IMG/VR virus record: IMGVR_UViG_3300047548_001281 | Location: 1 to 56,286 of that record | DNA length: 56,286 nucleotides | Source: a virus | Taxonomy: Duplodnaviria; Caudoviricetes | Strand: one strand, 5' to 3' | Part shown: piece by piece, positions 46,406 to 55,630 of the stretch | Position numbering within the stretch: the stretch's first letter is position 1 | How the letters are laid out: each line of letters starts with the position of its first letter | The notes under the pieces: generated by a model | Databases searched by the model: none | What the model was told of the DNA's origin: nothing | Seen by the model: only the letters and a program-made list of their open reading frames with translations | Translations under genes and position numbers: made by a program

Positions 46406-46458
46406 ACCCACTAATCAGAGGTTTAGAAGCTCCTGCCTATCCATTTAGCTTCAGGCGC
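46384..46458 (-). tRNA. tRNA with an Arg-like body; best-pairing register gives anticodon CUA (amber suppressor); alternative tRNA-Arg(UCU)
   Basis: GCGCCTG/CAGGCGC acceptor stem, encoded ACCA, GTGGG-TTCAATC-CCCAC T-arm; anticodon arm GGAGC-TTCTAAA-CCTCT. Confidence 0.8.
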
Positions 46459-46578
46459 AGTATTAATAATACTACATTATAATCTACAGTTTGTCTAATT
46501 CTTTGGTAATATGCATTTATATATTTTAACTATATTTTATATAAATAAATTTAGTAATAATTCTTAAAGGAAAAAAAA

Positions 46579-47394
46579 ATGCCAGGAGTATCTTTAATTG
46601 GAGGGATGACTTTAACCTCAGGTGTGACTTTAACCTCAGGCGGTTCTGCACCACCTAGCGGTGCTATGGAGATTGTTTGGACTGTTCATCCAGATAGAAA
46701 AACTATAACTTTACCATTTAACAACGGCGGAGGTGCGATAAACCTCAATGTTGATTGGGGCGATGGCAGTTCTATAGAAAATGTATTACTTGAAAATCCC
46801 ACTCATACCTACGCTTCTGCAGGAGATTACACAATTTCAGTAACTGGTACTATGTCTCCTTTACCTAATGGAGCTAACTTTGGTTTGTTTGATCCATTTA
46901 ATCAGTTTCAGGCTGGAGTTAAGAGAATTAACTCGTGGGGCACTATACCTCTCACTAGCGCAGCATATGCTTTTTATAGAGGTGCTACAGTAGAGTATGT
47001 GGCGCAACCCACATTTACGAATTGGGCAGCGATGTTTGAAAGAGCAGCAGAATGGGGTTCATTTACAGCAGATATTTCTGGCTGGAATTCAAGTCAAGTT
47101 ACAAATATGACCCAAATGTTTAAGGAAGCATATAATTTTAACGGCAATATCAGTAGTTGGAATGTGGGAAATGTAACTAATATGGATAGTATGTTTGAGT
47201 CGGCTTATGTGTTTAATCAAAACATTAGTTCTTGGAATGTAGGGAATGTAACAGATATGGATGATATGTTTTTAAGTGCCCAAGCATTCAATCAAGATTT
47301 ATCAGGATGGAATGTCAGCAATGTTACTACATATAATAACTTTGATGCGGGAGCTACTGTTTGGACATTACCTAAACCTAATTTCCCAGCATAA
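46579..47394 (+). CDS. PKD-like plus DUF285/BspA-repeat protein
   Basis: VDWGDGS...HTYAS.G.Y; repeats FN.NISSWNVGNVT.M..MF; TATAAATA upstream. Confidence 0.85.
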   Translation: MPGVSLIGGMTLTSGVTLTSGGSAPPSGAMEIVWTVHPDRKTITLPFNNGGGAINLNVDWGDGSSIENVLLENPTHTYASAGDYTISVTGTMSPLPNGANFGLFDPFNQFQAGVKRINSWGTIPLTSAAYAFYRGATVEYVAQPTFTNWAAMFERAAEWGSFTADISGWNSSQVTNMTQMFKEAYNFNGNISSWNVGNVTNMDSMFESAYVFNQNISSWNVGNVTDMDDMFLSAQAFNQDLSGWNVSNVTTYNNFDAGATVWTLPKPNFPA

Positions 47395-47410
47395 CACATA
47401 CGCTGAAATT

Positions 47411-47437
47411 AAAAGCCCACTATAGTGGGCTTTTTTT
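47411..47437. terminator. bidirectional terminator between convergent genes
   Basis: AAAAGCCCAC-tata-GTGGGCTTTTTTT. Confidence 0.85.
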
Positions 47438-47438
47438 G

Positions 47439-48926
47439 TTATACACTAAATGTTATTAGCAATTGCGAATTGCCCCGCTCATCTTCCATTCTTACCGGAT
47501 ATCCCCAAAGATATTCAATATGCTTCAATACTTTATCTGTGTCTTTGTTTAGACGCTCACTATTATGTGAAGTGTATCTTAGTTTTAGTTCGCGATTGCC
47601 TTTTAGATTAGCATCTACTACTTGTATATCAGGTTGATATCTGCTAATACTGTAATTTTTAGCAAGTGATTGGCGAATTTGATTGTACCCTGTACGGTTT
47701 TGTATATTGGATACAATAACATGATCTTCTTTTTCTATGTTTGTGATTTCAAACAAACCCCATTTACGCATAACAGTGGGGCTTAGAAATTGTAGAATAA
47801 AGCTTTCGTCACGATAATTTCTAACAGCATCTAAGCATGTCTCTAACCAATCACTACCTATCATGTGTGGAAAGTATTCACGATCCTCATCAGTGGGGTT
47901 AGTACATATTCTTCTTATATCAGTGAATATATCGAATCCTAATGCATAAGGATTATAACCGTTATAGTATTTGTGATCGTAGGGTAGTTGAGTAAGCACA
48001 CTACTATGACTATGAATGAACTCCATGTAGTGTCCATCATTGATAAGCTTTTTCTCCCACAATCTATTCATTATGTAATAGTGTGTGAAGCTTGCCCAGC
48101 CCTCATTCATTACTTTCGTTTGACGCTGAGGGTAAAAGTATTGTGCTATCTTGCGAACGATACGAACTATTTCACGCTGCCAAGATTCTAACTTGGGACT
48201 GTGTTTCTCAATAAAATACATTATGTTTTCTTGGGGCTCTTTGGGGAAGGTTTCTGGCTTTTTGTTCTCTTCTTTTTTAGCTTTTGTGGGTAATGTATTC
48301 CAAAGTTCGTTCGCTTGCTGTTGTACGTATTCTTCTCGTAGCTTTTGCTGTTCTAGTTCCTGCTTCTTATTAGGCTTTTGTGGGCGCTTGTACTTATCAA
48401 CACCATAATCCATAATAGCATGACAAGCATCTAAAGTTTCTTCTACTAATTTCGTACCATACTTTTCTTCGCACTCAGCAATATACTTTTTAGCAAAGAG
48501 CATATAATCAACTATACCTTCAGCATCAGTCCATTGCTTGAACAAATAATTGTTTTTGAAGAAATGATTATGACCATATGCTGCGTGTGCTATGACCAGT
48601 GTTTGCATGGTCATACTATTTTCTTCCATCAAATAAGATATACAAGGGCTAGAATTGATTACAATCTCATAAGCTAATCCCTGATATCCCTTGCGATAGT
48701 TATGCTCTTGCTGCAAGAAATGCTTACCAAAGCTCCAATGATTATACATTATAGGTAAACCATGACTAGCATAAGCATCAAGCATTTGATCGCTGCCTAT
48801 GATTTCTATTTGATTTGGGTATATGTCTAACTTTAATTCGTCAAAGGCAATTTTGGCGATGGCAGTTTCTACGTCTTTTAATCGCTTAAAATTCCAATGA
48901 TTATCTGTATAAAGAAGTTTAGCCAT
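47439..48926 (-). CDS. spoVR: SpoVR/YcgB family protein
   Basis: YNHWSFGK, LAYEIVINS.PCISYLMEEN, AHAAYGHNHFFKNN, TKVMNEGWA. Confidence 0.93.
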   Translation of the reverse strand: MAKLLYTDNHWNFKRLKDVETAIAKIAFDELKLDIYPNQIEIIGSDQMLDAYASHGLPIMYNHWSFGKHFLQQEHNYRKGYQGLAYEIVINSSPCISYLMEENSMTMQTLVIAHAAYGHNHFFKNNYLFKQWTDAEGIVDYMLFAKKYIAECEEKYGTKLVEETLDACHAIMDYGVDKYKRPQKPNKKQELEQQKLREEYVQQQANELWNTLPTKAKKEENKKPETFPKEPQENIMYFIEKHSPKLESWQREIVRIVRKIAQYFYPQRQTKVMNEGWASFTHYYIMNRLWEKKLINDGHYMEFIHSHSSVLTQLPYDHKYYNGYNPYALGFDIFTDIRRICTNPTDEDREYFPHMIGSDWLETCLDAVRNYRDESFILQFLSPTVMRKWGLFEITNIEKEDHVIVSNIQNRTGYNQIRQSLAKNYSISRYQPDIQVVDANLKGNRELKLRYTSHNSERLNKDTDKVLKHIEYLWGYPVRMEDERGNSQLLITFSV

Positions 48927-50205
48927 TTTTGACCTCAGACTTTGCAAATAGCTTTTTGAACACTGGCCAAATATCACTAACATCAGCAACGTGCTTTACT
49001 TTAAGTTGAGCAAATTCTTTTTCTAACTCTTCGTAAATATCCCACACATCGCTGTTGCCGCCTTGATGCATCATCTTGTACATGTTAAAAATTTCAACAT
49101 AAGCAAAGTATTGTACTTTAGGTAACAAATCTTTCATGGCTTTAGCTAATTCAGAGTTATCACTGGAATAATTGTCGCCGTCACTTACTTGTGCTACATA
49201 GATATTCCAATCATTTATGTTATATCTATCGTCAATGATTTTATCTGTTAATTTAATAGCCGTAGATACTACGGTACCACCACTTTCTCTGCTGCTGAAA
49301 AATGTTTCTTCATCAACTTCGCTGGCGCTTTCATGATGGCGAATAAAAACCACATCAAGTTTATTATATTTTCTTTTCAAGAATAAATGTAGCAAAAAGA
49401 AAAATCGTTTTGCTAAATCTTTTTCTCGTTGTCCCATAGAACCTGATACGTCCATCACACAAAACATTACCGCTTGTGTCATTGGTTGCGGTGTGGGGGT
49501 GAAGTTACGATAGCGTACATCAAAGGGATCTAGCCAAGGTACTGCTGTTTGTTTTTGTTTAAATAATTTAATTTTTTCTTGTAATTTCTGGATTAGAACA
49601 TCATCACCTACACGTTCGGCTTCTTTTAATTCTTTTTCAAGTTCTAATATTTCTTCGTCTTTGGGTCTACCTAAACCTAATCTACGACCTAAACTATTCT
49701 TCAATGAACGCACTACATCTAATTGACTAGGGTTGCCCACATTTGTAAAGCCAGCACGCTTTGGTTTTACTTTAGTCATATCTTTAAGTTGTTTTTTGAT
49801 TAAATGAGGTAGTTCTAAATCTTCAAAGATAAAATCTAAGAATTCATCTTGGTTGAGGACGAATTCAAAGTCATCTTCTCCCTCACCCAATCCACCTTTA
49901 GTTCCACCTTTTCCTTCACCATCTTTAGGTTTAGGTGATTTGTCTCCTACCACATGATCTTTGTTCCCAGGCAGAACATACTTTTTGTCGCCAGTTTTAT
50001 GGTCTATACCAAAGGTAGGTTCACCAATTCCTTTTACTTTGATTTTAGTTTTCTTGCCGTCGGTTTCGATATCGGTAATTTTACCGTTATCTATAGCTTC
50101 CTTTACCGCTTCTTTTATTTGTTCTTTACTGCGTTGAATAAATTTTTGTCGGTTTCGTAAAGCTTTATCTTTAGGGTTTAACCTACGGTCAATTATAGTA
50201 GTCAT
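48919..50205 (-). CDS. yeaH: YeaH/YhbH family vWA-like protein
   Basis: IIDRRLN, AVMFCVMDVSGSM, ESGGTVVS, SDGDN. Confidence 0.93.
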   Translation of the reverse strand: MTTIIDRRLNPKDKALRNRQKFIQRSKEQIKEAVKEAIDNGKITDIETDGKKTKIKVKGIGEPTFGIDHKTGDKKYVLPGNKDHVVGDKSPKPKDGEGKGGTKGGLGEGEDDFEFVLNQDEFLDFIFEDLELPHLIKKQLKDMTKVKPKRAGFTNVGNPSQLDVVRSLKNSLGRRLGLGRPKDEEILELEKELKEAERVGDDVLIQKLQEKIKLFKQKQTAVPWLDPFDVRYRNFTPTPQPMTQAVMFCVMDVSGSMGQREKDLAKRFFFLLHLFLKRKYNKLDVVFIRHHESASEVDEETFFSSRESGGTVVSTAIKLTDKIIDDRYNINDWNIYVAQVSDGDNYSSDNSELAKAMKDLLPKVQYFAYVEIFNMYKMMHQGGNSDVWDIYEELEKEFAQLKVKHVADVSDIWPVFKKLFAKSEVKNG

Positions 50206-50207
50206 CT

Positions 50208-52151
50208 TTAGTTAGATTTCCTGACTCTCATATACCAATCTGTAAGTCTACGGATCTGTCTTGATGTATATCCTTTCTCCTGCATTCTGGCTACGAAGTC
50301 ATTGTGCTTCTTTTCTAACTCTTTATCTTTCTTACTTTCAAAGCTGATAACTGGCAATAAATCTTCAACCTGACTAAACATCTTCTTTTCTAGTACATCA
50401 CGTAGAACAGCATAGCTTGTCCAACTTGGATTCTTACCTTTGTTCTCAGGCTTTGCTCTTGCACGCAAACAGAAGTTTACGATTTCATTACGGAAATCTT
50501 TAGGGTTAGCAATACCCGCAGGCTTTTCAATCTTTTCAAGTTCAGCGTTTAATAATGCGCGATCCATCAATAAACCATTATCGGGATCTTTGAATTCAAT
50601 ATCTTGTATCCAAGCATCAGCATATTCTACATAACGGTCAAATAGATTTTGCCCATATTCGCTGTAACTTTCTAGATATGCTTTTTGAATTTCATTACCT
50701 AAGAATTCAGCATAACGGGTAGCTAGTTCAGTTTTGATGAAGTCAAGATATTCTTGCTCTTTTTCCTCGCCAAACTGTTCACGCTTGATAGCGTTTTCTA
50801 ATACTAACATTAGATGAACAGGATCAGCGGCAATTTCATCAGGGGTGTGATTAAAAGTTTGTGAAAGTATCTTGTACGCAAATCGTGTACTGATACCATC
50901 CATGCCCTCATCTACACCCGCTACATCGCGATATTCCTGAATGCTCTTGGCTTTAGGATCGCTTTCTCTTATGTTTTCACCATCGTATACTCGCATTTTG
51001 CTGTACAGATTTGAATTTTCGTGTTCGCGGAGACGAGTTAATACGCTGAACTGAGCTAACATTTCCAATGTCTGGGGAGCGCAGGGAGCATTTCCTAACC
51101 CAGAGTGCTTAATCATTTTTTCATAGATTTTTTGTTCTTCTGATACACGTAGGCAATATGGCACTTTGATTACACAAATACGATCCAAGAATGCTTCATT
51201 ATTCTTGTTATTGCGGAATGTTTGCCATTCGCTTTCATTACTGTGTGCTAGTACGATACCTTGAAATGGTATTGCGCTAATAGCTTCAGTGCCTACATAG
51301 TTACCTTCTTGTGTAGCTGTTAGTAATGGATGTAGCACTTTAATAGGTGCTTTAAACATTTCTACGAATTCTAACAAGCCTTGATTAGAGCGGCACAATC
51401 CACCACTATAGCTATAAGCGTCTGTATCGTTTTGACTAAATTTTTCTAATTTTCTAATATCTACTTTACCTACTAGTGTAGAAATATCTTGATTGTTTTC
51501 GTCACCTGGCTCAGTTTTCATAACACCAATTTGCTCTAGTTTGCTTGGCATCAACTTGACCACACGGAATTTTTCTAAGTCTCCTCCAAACTCCTTCAAG
51601 CGTTTAACTGCCCAGGGACTGGGAATGCTTTGTAGATATCTACTATCTATACCATATTCTTCTTGTAATATTTTTTGGTATTCTTTGCTTGTGAATAATC
51701 CTAAAGGGCTTTCAAATACAGGACTAATTTCGCCTGTATGTGTAGCCAACACATATATAGGGTTTAATTCCATCAATTCTTTTAGCTTTTCAGCCAACGA
51801 TGATTTGCCGCCGCCTACTGGACCCAAAAGATAAAGCACTTGTTTTCGTTCTTCTAGTCCTTGTGCTGCGTATCTAAAATATCCTACGATACGTTCTATG
51901 GCATCTTCCATACCATAGAAATCTTTGAACGCTGGATAAATTCTTACTGTTCTGTTTGAAAATATACGGCTTAGTCTGGCGTCTTTACTTGTATCTACTA
52001 GTTCGGGTTCACCAATTGCTGCTACCATACGCTCGGCTGCGGTGGCATAAGCCATTTTATCTGTTTTGCACAATTCAAAATACTCATCAATAGTAATAGA
52101 ATTGACAGTATTTTTTTCAAAATTGCTTTTGAATAGCTTTGATATAGACAC
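50208..52151 (-). CDS. prkA: PrkA/YeaG AAA+ protein
   Basis: GLEERKQVLYLLGPVGGGKSS, PGDENNQDISTLVGKVDIR, EFVEMFKAPIK. Confidence 0.95.
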   Translation of the reverse strand: MSISKLFKSNFEKNTVNSITIDEYFELCKTDKMAYATAAERMVAAIGEPELVDTSKDARLSRIFSNRTVRIYPAFKDFYGMEDAIERIVGYFRYAAQGLEERKQVLYLLGPVGGGKSSLAEKLKELMELNPIYVLATHTGEISPVFESPLGLFTSKEYQKILQEEYGIDSRYLQSIPSPWAVKRLKEFGGDLEKFRVVKLMPSKLEQIGVMKTEPGDENNQDISTLVGKVDIRKLEKFSQNDTDAYSYSGGLCRSNQGLLEFVEMFKAPIKVLHPLLTATQEGNYVGTEAISAIPFQGIVLAHSNESEWQTFRNNKNNEAFLDRICVIKVPYCLRVSEEQKIYEKMIKHSGLGNAPCAPQTLEMLAQFSVLTRLREHENSNLYSKMRVYDGENIRESDPKAKSIQEYRDVAGVDEGMDGISTRFAYKILSQTFNHTPDEIAADPVHLMLVLENAIKREQFGEEKEQEYLDFIKTELATRYAEFLGNEIQKAYLESYSEYGQNLFDRYVEYADAWIQDIEFKDPDNGLLMDRALLNAELEKIEKPAGIANPKDFRNEIVNFCLRARAKPENKGKNPSWTSYAVLRDVLEKKMFSQVEDLLPVISFESKKDKELEKKHNDFVARMQEKGYTSRQIRRLTDWYMRVRKSN

Positions 52152-52198
52152 TATTTGCTCCCTTTAGATATCTATGGGTATTTATTCTGTTATTTTAT

Positions 52199-52996
52199 TT
52201 ATTCTGGTATAACGCCTAAATCTAGTACTAAACACTTAGCTGCGCCGCCAGCTTTCAAGAATTCGCTTAAGTCAAATTCTTGTACATTGTATCCTAATGT
52301 TTTTAGTCCATCTGATACATCACGATTTTTAGGCATAAAAATATTATTACCCACACATACTGTATTGCAAGCAAAGGCTAATGCGTCTTGTTCAGAAATT
52401 GAAATCAAATGTGCGAAAGACTGACGCACAGTTTTTTGACTTTTTTCTGAAAAAGCCATGGGGTACCATAGTAGCTCACCATTAGGCAATGGACAGAAAC
52501 ATGTGTCTAAATGATACCATCTAGGGTCTATTAATTCAAGTGTGTTAATATGCACTTTGAATAAATCTCCTAGTTCTAGGGAAGCTTGAGTAGTTGAACG
52601 AAAGCCTGTTCCAATCCAATGGCGACCCCACTTGTCAACTAAATGGTCACCTTCACCTTCATATGAGTTCTTAAGTTTTGTTGTTATATAATTATTGTCA
52701 CAAAACCATTTCTCAAAATGTTCCTCTTCAGGCTGTCTTTGTTGTTTGTAAAACAATGATACAACTGCCACATTATTTTTGACTATACCTGCATTTGCCG
52801 TAAAGACTAAATCAGGTAAATCAGGAAGCCCTGGCATTACAACTACGTCAGCTACACGCTTAAGAGCATCATGTAAAACTGTCCATTGAGTTTGTGCTTT
52901 ATCGCGATCTACCAACCCAATATTACTAGACATCCAAGGGTTGATATCATATGTGACACCAAAATATTCAGGAGAACACATAAGAAGTTTTTTCAC
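52199..52996 (-). CDS. amidinotransferase / DDAH-like pentein enzyme
   Basis: INPWM, PDLVFTANAG, EGEGD, YHLDTCF, EFLKAGGAAKCL. Confidence 0.9.
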   Translation of the reverse strand: MKKLLMCSPEYFGVTYDINPWMSSNIGLVDRDKAQTQWTVLHDALKRVADVVVMPGLPDLPDLVFTANAGIVKNNVAVVSLFYKQQRQPEEEHFEKWFCDNNYITTKLKNSYEGEGDHLVDKWGRHWIGTGFRSTTQASLELGDLFKVHINTLELIDPRWYHLDTCFCPLPNGELLWYPMAFSEKSQKTVRQSFAHLISISEQDALAFACNTVCVGNNIFMPKNRDVSDGLKTLGYNVQEFDLSEFLKAGGAAKCLVLDLGVIPE

Positions 52997-53069
52997 AGTA
53001 GACCTTTCATAAATTCAGTATATTTATTATACTCTTAACCTACTGAAAAGTAATTTGTATGTGCCCAAA

Positions 53070-53095
53070 CAAATAGGAGCTTGCGCTCCTATTTG
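53070..53095 (-). terminator. hairpin terminator after the tmRNA
   Basis: CAAATAGGAGC-ttgc-GCTCCTATTTG. Confidence 0.75.
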
Positions 53096-53385
53096 GGTTA
53101 TTGGGTTACAAGGTTACCAACCCCGTGAAGATCACGCTGCTAGGCGTGTTTCTCCAAAATATGCATCATTTGCTGCATTTATTTTGTTTTGCTCCTACGA
53201 CCAGGTTACCCCAATCCTAACGACTTCTGCTTTGCCGATTCTAATTTCTGCCCTTCTAACCCCGTCGAATCCTTTCATCCCCATCAAAAGAATTACTAGC
53301 ACAACTCTTTTGATGTGAATGGTGGAGATGACGACATACGATAGTCGTGTCCGCAATTAGTACTTCAGAAACTTTCAAGGATATG
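53096..53385 (-). ncRNA. ssrA: circularly permuted (two-piece) tmRNA
   Basis: Acceptor piece ends CATCTCCACCA at 53320; coding piece starts GGGGATG..GATTCGAC at 53282; G3.U70 pair; tag AANDAYFGETRLAA* at 53176-53132; outer ends approximate. Confidence 0.88.
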
Positions 53386-53389
53386 AATC

Positions 53390-54052
53390 CTAACGAACAT
53401 TAGTATTTATACTATGTCTACCTATTACCAATAAATCATTATTGTAAATTTCCCGTCTTACTTTATTATTTTTACCTTCATCTAAATTTACCAAATATCC
53501 CCTATCTACTATGAGTCCAAATATATCTATCAATTTAGATTCTATTGCGAGGGCCTGAACTTCTGTTAAATCTTCTTTTATAATTTGTACAACTACATCT
53601 TTATTGGACTTTTGAATTTTTTGCCTATATTTTCTATGTGAGTCATTTCTATCTAATTCATAAGCCCTATTATTTTGCCCTTTACCTATATAAAATGGGC
53701 GGTATGTTAAACCCAATGTGGCCGCAAAAGTGGTTATACCGTGTTTGCCAATGGCAACTTTATGGTTGGGATCACAATGGGCATAAACATAATATTTTTG
53801 ATTTAGGTCTCCTGCTTCGTATAAATGTGTTATATCAGTATTATAAATTCTGTTACAAGCATCAAATACATCTTTGGAATGGGCATTCTTTGAATAGAAT
53901 CCCTCTTTTGATCTTAAATTACCCAACATATTCTTAGACCAAGATAAAAGTTTTTTTAACTGCTCCTCTGATTTAGCGTCTACTTGGATATCATACAATG
54001 AACTTTTGGTCAGTTGTCCATTAATATTCACCTTTTTTCTTTCAATCAACAT
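53390..54052 (-). mobile_element. GIY-YIG-like endonuclease next to the tmRNA
   Basis: YYVYAHCDP...PFYIGKGQNNRAY...E.KLI...LVN. Confidence 0.72.
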
Positions 54053-54287
54053 TGGATTTCTTTATCTTAAGTTTGGTATTGATGTTTTTACTCCAATCTA
54101 TACCCCTGACTCGCCAATACAATTGATGAGCCTTTCTTGGAATCTTATACCATTTTTCAAAACGATTTGGTTGTCCACGATCAGTAGGATCAATCAAACA
54201 ACCCACGTTGGGAACGCTATGACTCCACTTAATTTTTTCGTGTGGACTCATACAATGAGCCCTGCTTTGTAGATATTTAAAACTCAT
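54042..54287 (-). CDS. hypothetical protein
   Basis: 81-aa ORF overlapping the endonuclease start. Confidence 0.5.
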   Translation of the reverse strand: MSFKYLQSRAHCMSPHEKIKWSHSVPNVGCLIDPTDRGQPNRFEKWYKIPRKAHQLYWRVRGIDWSKNINTKLKIKKSNVD

Positions 54288-54407
54288 TATTAATGTGGTA
54301 TACCTCTATTTTAACACAATATTTTACTGTATAAACTATATAATGTCAAGTAGAGTGGGTAAACACCAAGTTATGTCTACTTGAAGGTAAAACCTTTATA
54401 AATAAAG

Positions 54408-55622
54408 TCAATCTAATAAGAAATTAGTTTTATTTCTTAATACTTCTCTATTGTGGATTGCAATAGGCATTACATTTTTTAACCAATTTACTTTTTCATC
54501 ATTAGTAAGATTGTGTATTCTATTTACCTCTTCTACTATGGCTAATAATCTATCACCATTATTTTCAATATCATCATAATGCTCGTTTATATAGGGACTG
54601 AATGTTTGATATCCTAATTTTTTGAGGTAGTAAAGAGATTTGGGCCTTGCAACTAAAATAAAAGGGTGGCCCATTATAATAGGTTTGAAAGTTTTCTCTG
54701 AAAAATATACGCCCTTTCCCTCTTCAAAATTATACTTACCCATAAAATTATTAATTTTATTTTCAAAAAAGAAGGTTTCGGTTACTAAAGAAAATAGGCT
54801 ATTTTGAAAATAATTATAATCTGATTTATCTACATAATTCTTATTATGATCTTTATTAATGTTTAGTACTAAAGGCATTAAATGCTCGTTTTGACTGTAG
54901 ATATCTTTCAGTTCCGCAAGCACTTCTTTTTTCAATGAAGTAGAAGCGGTTTGAAATATAAAATCGATAGGGGGCGAGCCTTCAAAAACTGCTTCAGGAA
55001 AGTAAGAATAAAACCCTGCATCCAATAATCCTTTCTTGAGTATAAGAGAAAGTAAAATTAATCTGTGGGGTCTAACCATTCTATTGAAACACAAATATGT
55101 TTTCTTTTTTTCAATATCAGTGAATTCTATATCTATAGGTGATAAACCTTGCATGTTCAATTGATATTTGGGTTCAATTATATTGAGACCATAGACATTT
55201 ATCTTATCTATGATATTATTTGACTTACAAAATTCTTCATAAATTTCTGTATTATTACATAATGCATTAATCAATATAAACTTGTTACAGTGAATATTAG
55301 TAAGGTTTGCTAATTCATGTAAACGAGCATACAAAATTCCTGCACCACCTTCCTTAGTGTGGTCAAAGATTATATTACCCCCTAATTTATAGTGAGCAGT
55401 AATGTATTGAGAAAGTGCAGTAATATCGCAGTTGAATATATTTATACCTTTTGAACCTCGGTGATATCCAGCATAGATATCGATATTATCACCTTCGAGC
55501 CAAGGCATATATTTATAGTATGAAGCTATAAAACGAGGAATTTTAGGGAATGATTTGAAATCTAATGGATCAAAATTGGGCTCCATAGTGCCTTCTATAT
55601 GAATACTAAAATTTTTTGACAA
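54408..55622 (-). CDS. phage protein, possibly glycosyltransferase-like
   Basis: YLCFNR..RPHR, SLVTET, FSEKTFKPI..GHPFI, GYQTF motifs. Confidence 0.6.
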   Translation of the reverse strand: MSKNFSIHIEGTMEPNFDPLDFKSFPKIPRFIASYYKYMPWLEGDNIDIYAGYHRGSKGINIFNCDITALSQYITAHYKLGGNIIFDHTKEGGAGILYARLHELANLTNIHCNKFILINALCNNTEIYEEFCKSNNIIDKINVYGLNIIEPKYQLNMQGLSPIDIEFTDIEKKKTYLCFNRMVRPHRLILLSLILKKGLLDAGFYSYFPEAVFEGSPPIDFIFQTASTSLKKEVLAELKDIYSQNEHLMPLVLNINKDHNKNYVDKSDYNYFQNSLFSLVTETFFFENKINNFMGKYNFEEGKGVYFSEKTFKPIIMGHPFILVARPKSLYYLKKLGYQTFSPYINEHYDDIENNGDRLLAIVEEVNRIHNLTNDEKVNWLKNVMPIAIHNREVLRNKTNFLLD

Positions 55623-55630
55623 CTTTTATC

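Noticed and set aside
41839-46458. Integrative element using the tRNA as an att site
   Set aside because: No integrase, and I could not find a duplicated tRNA 3' end at the other boundary.
53055-53318. 87-aa plus-strand ORF
   Set aside because: Antisense to the tmRNA and its terminator.
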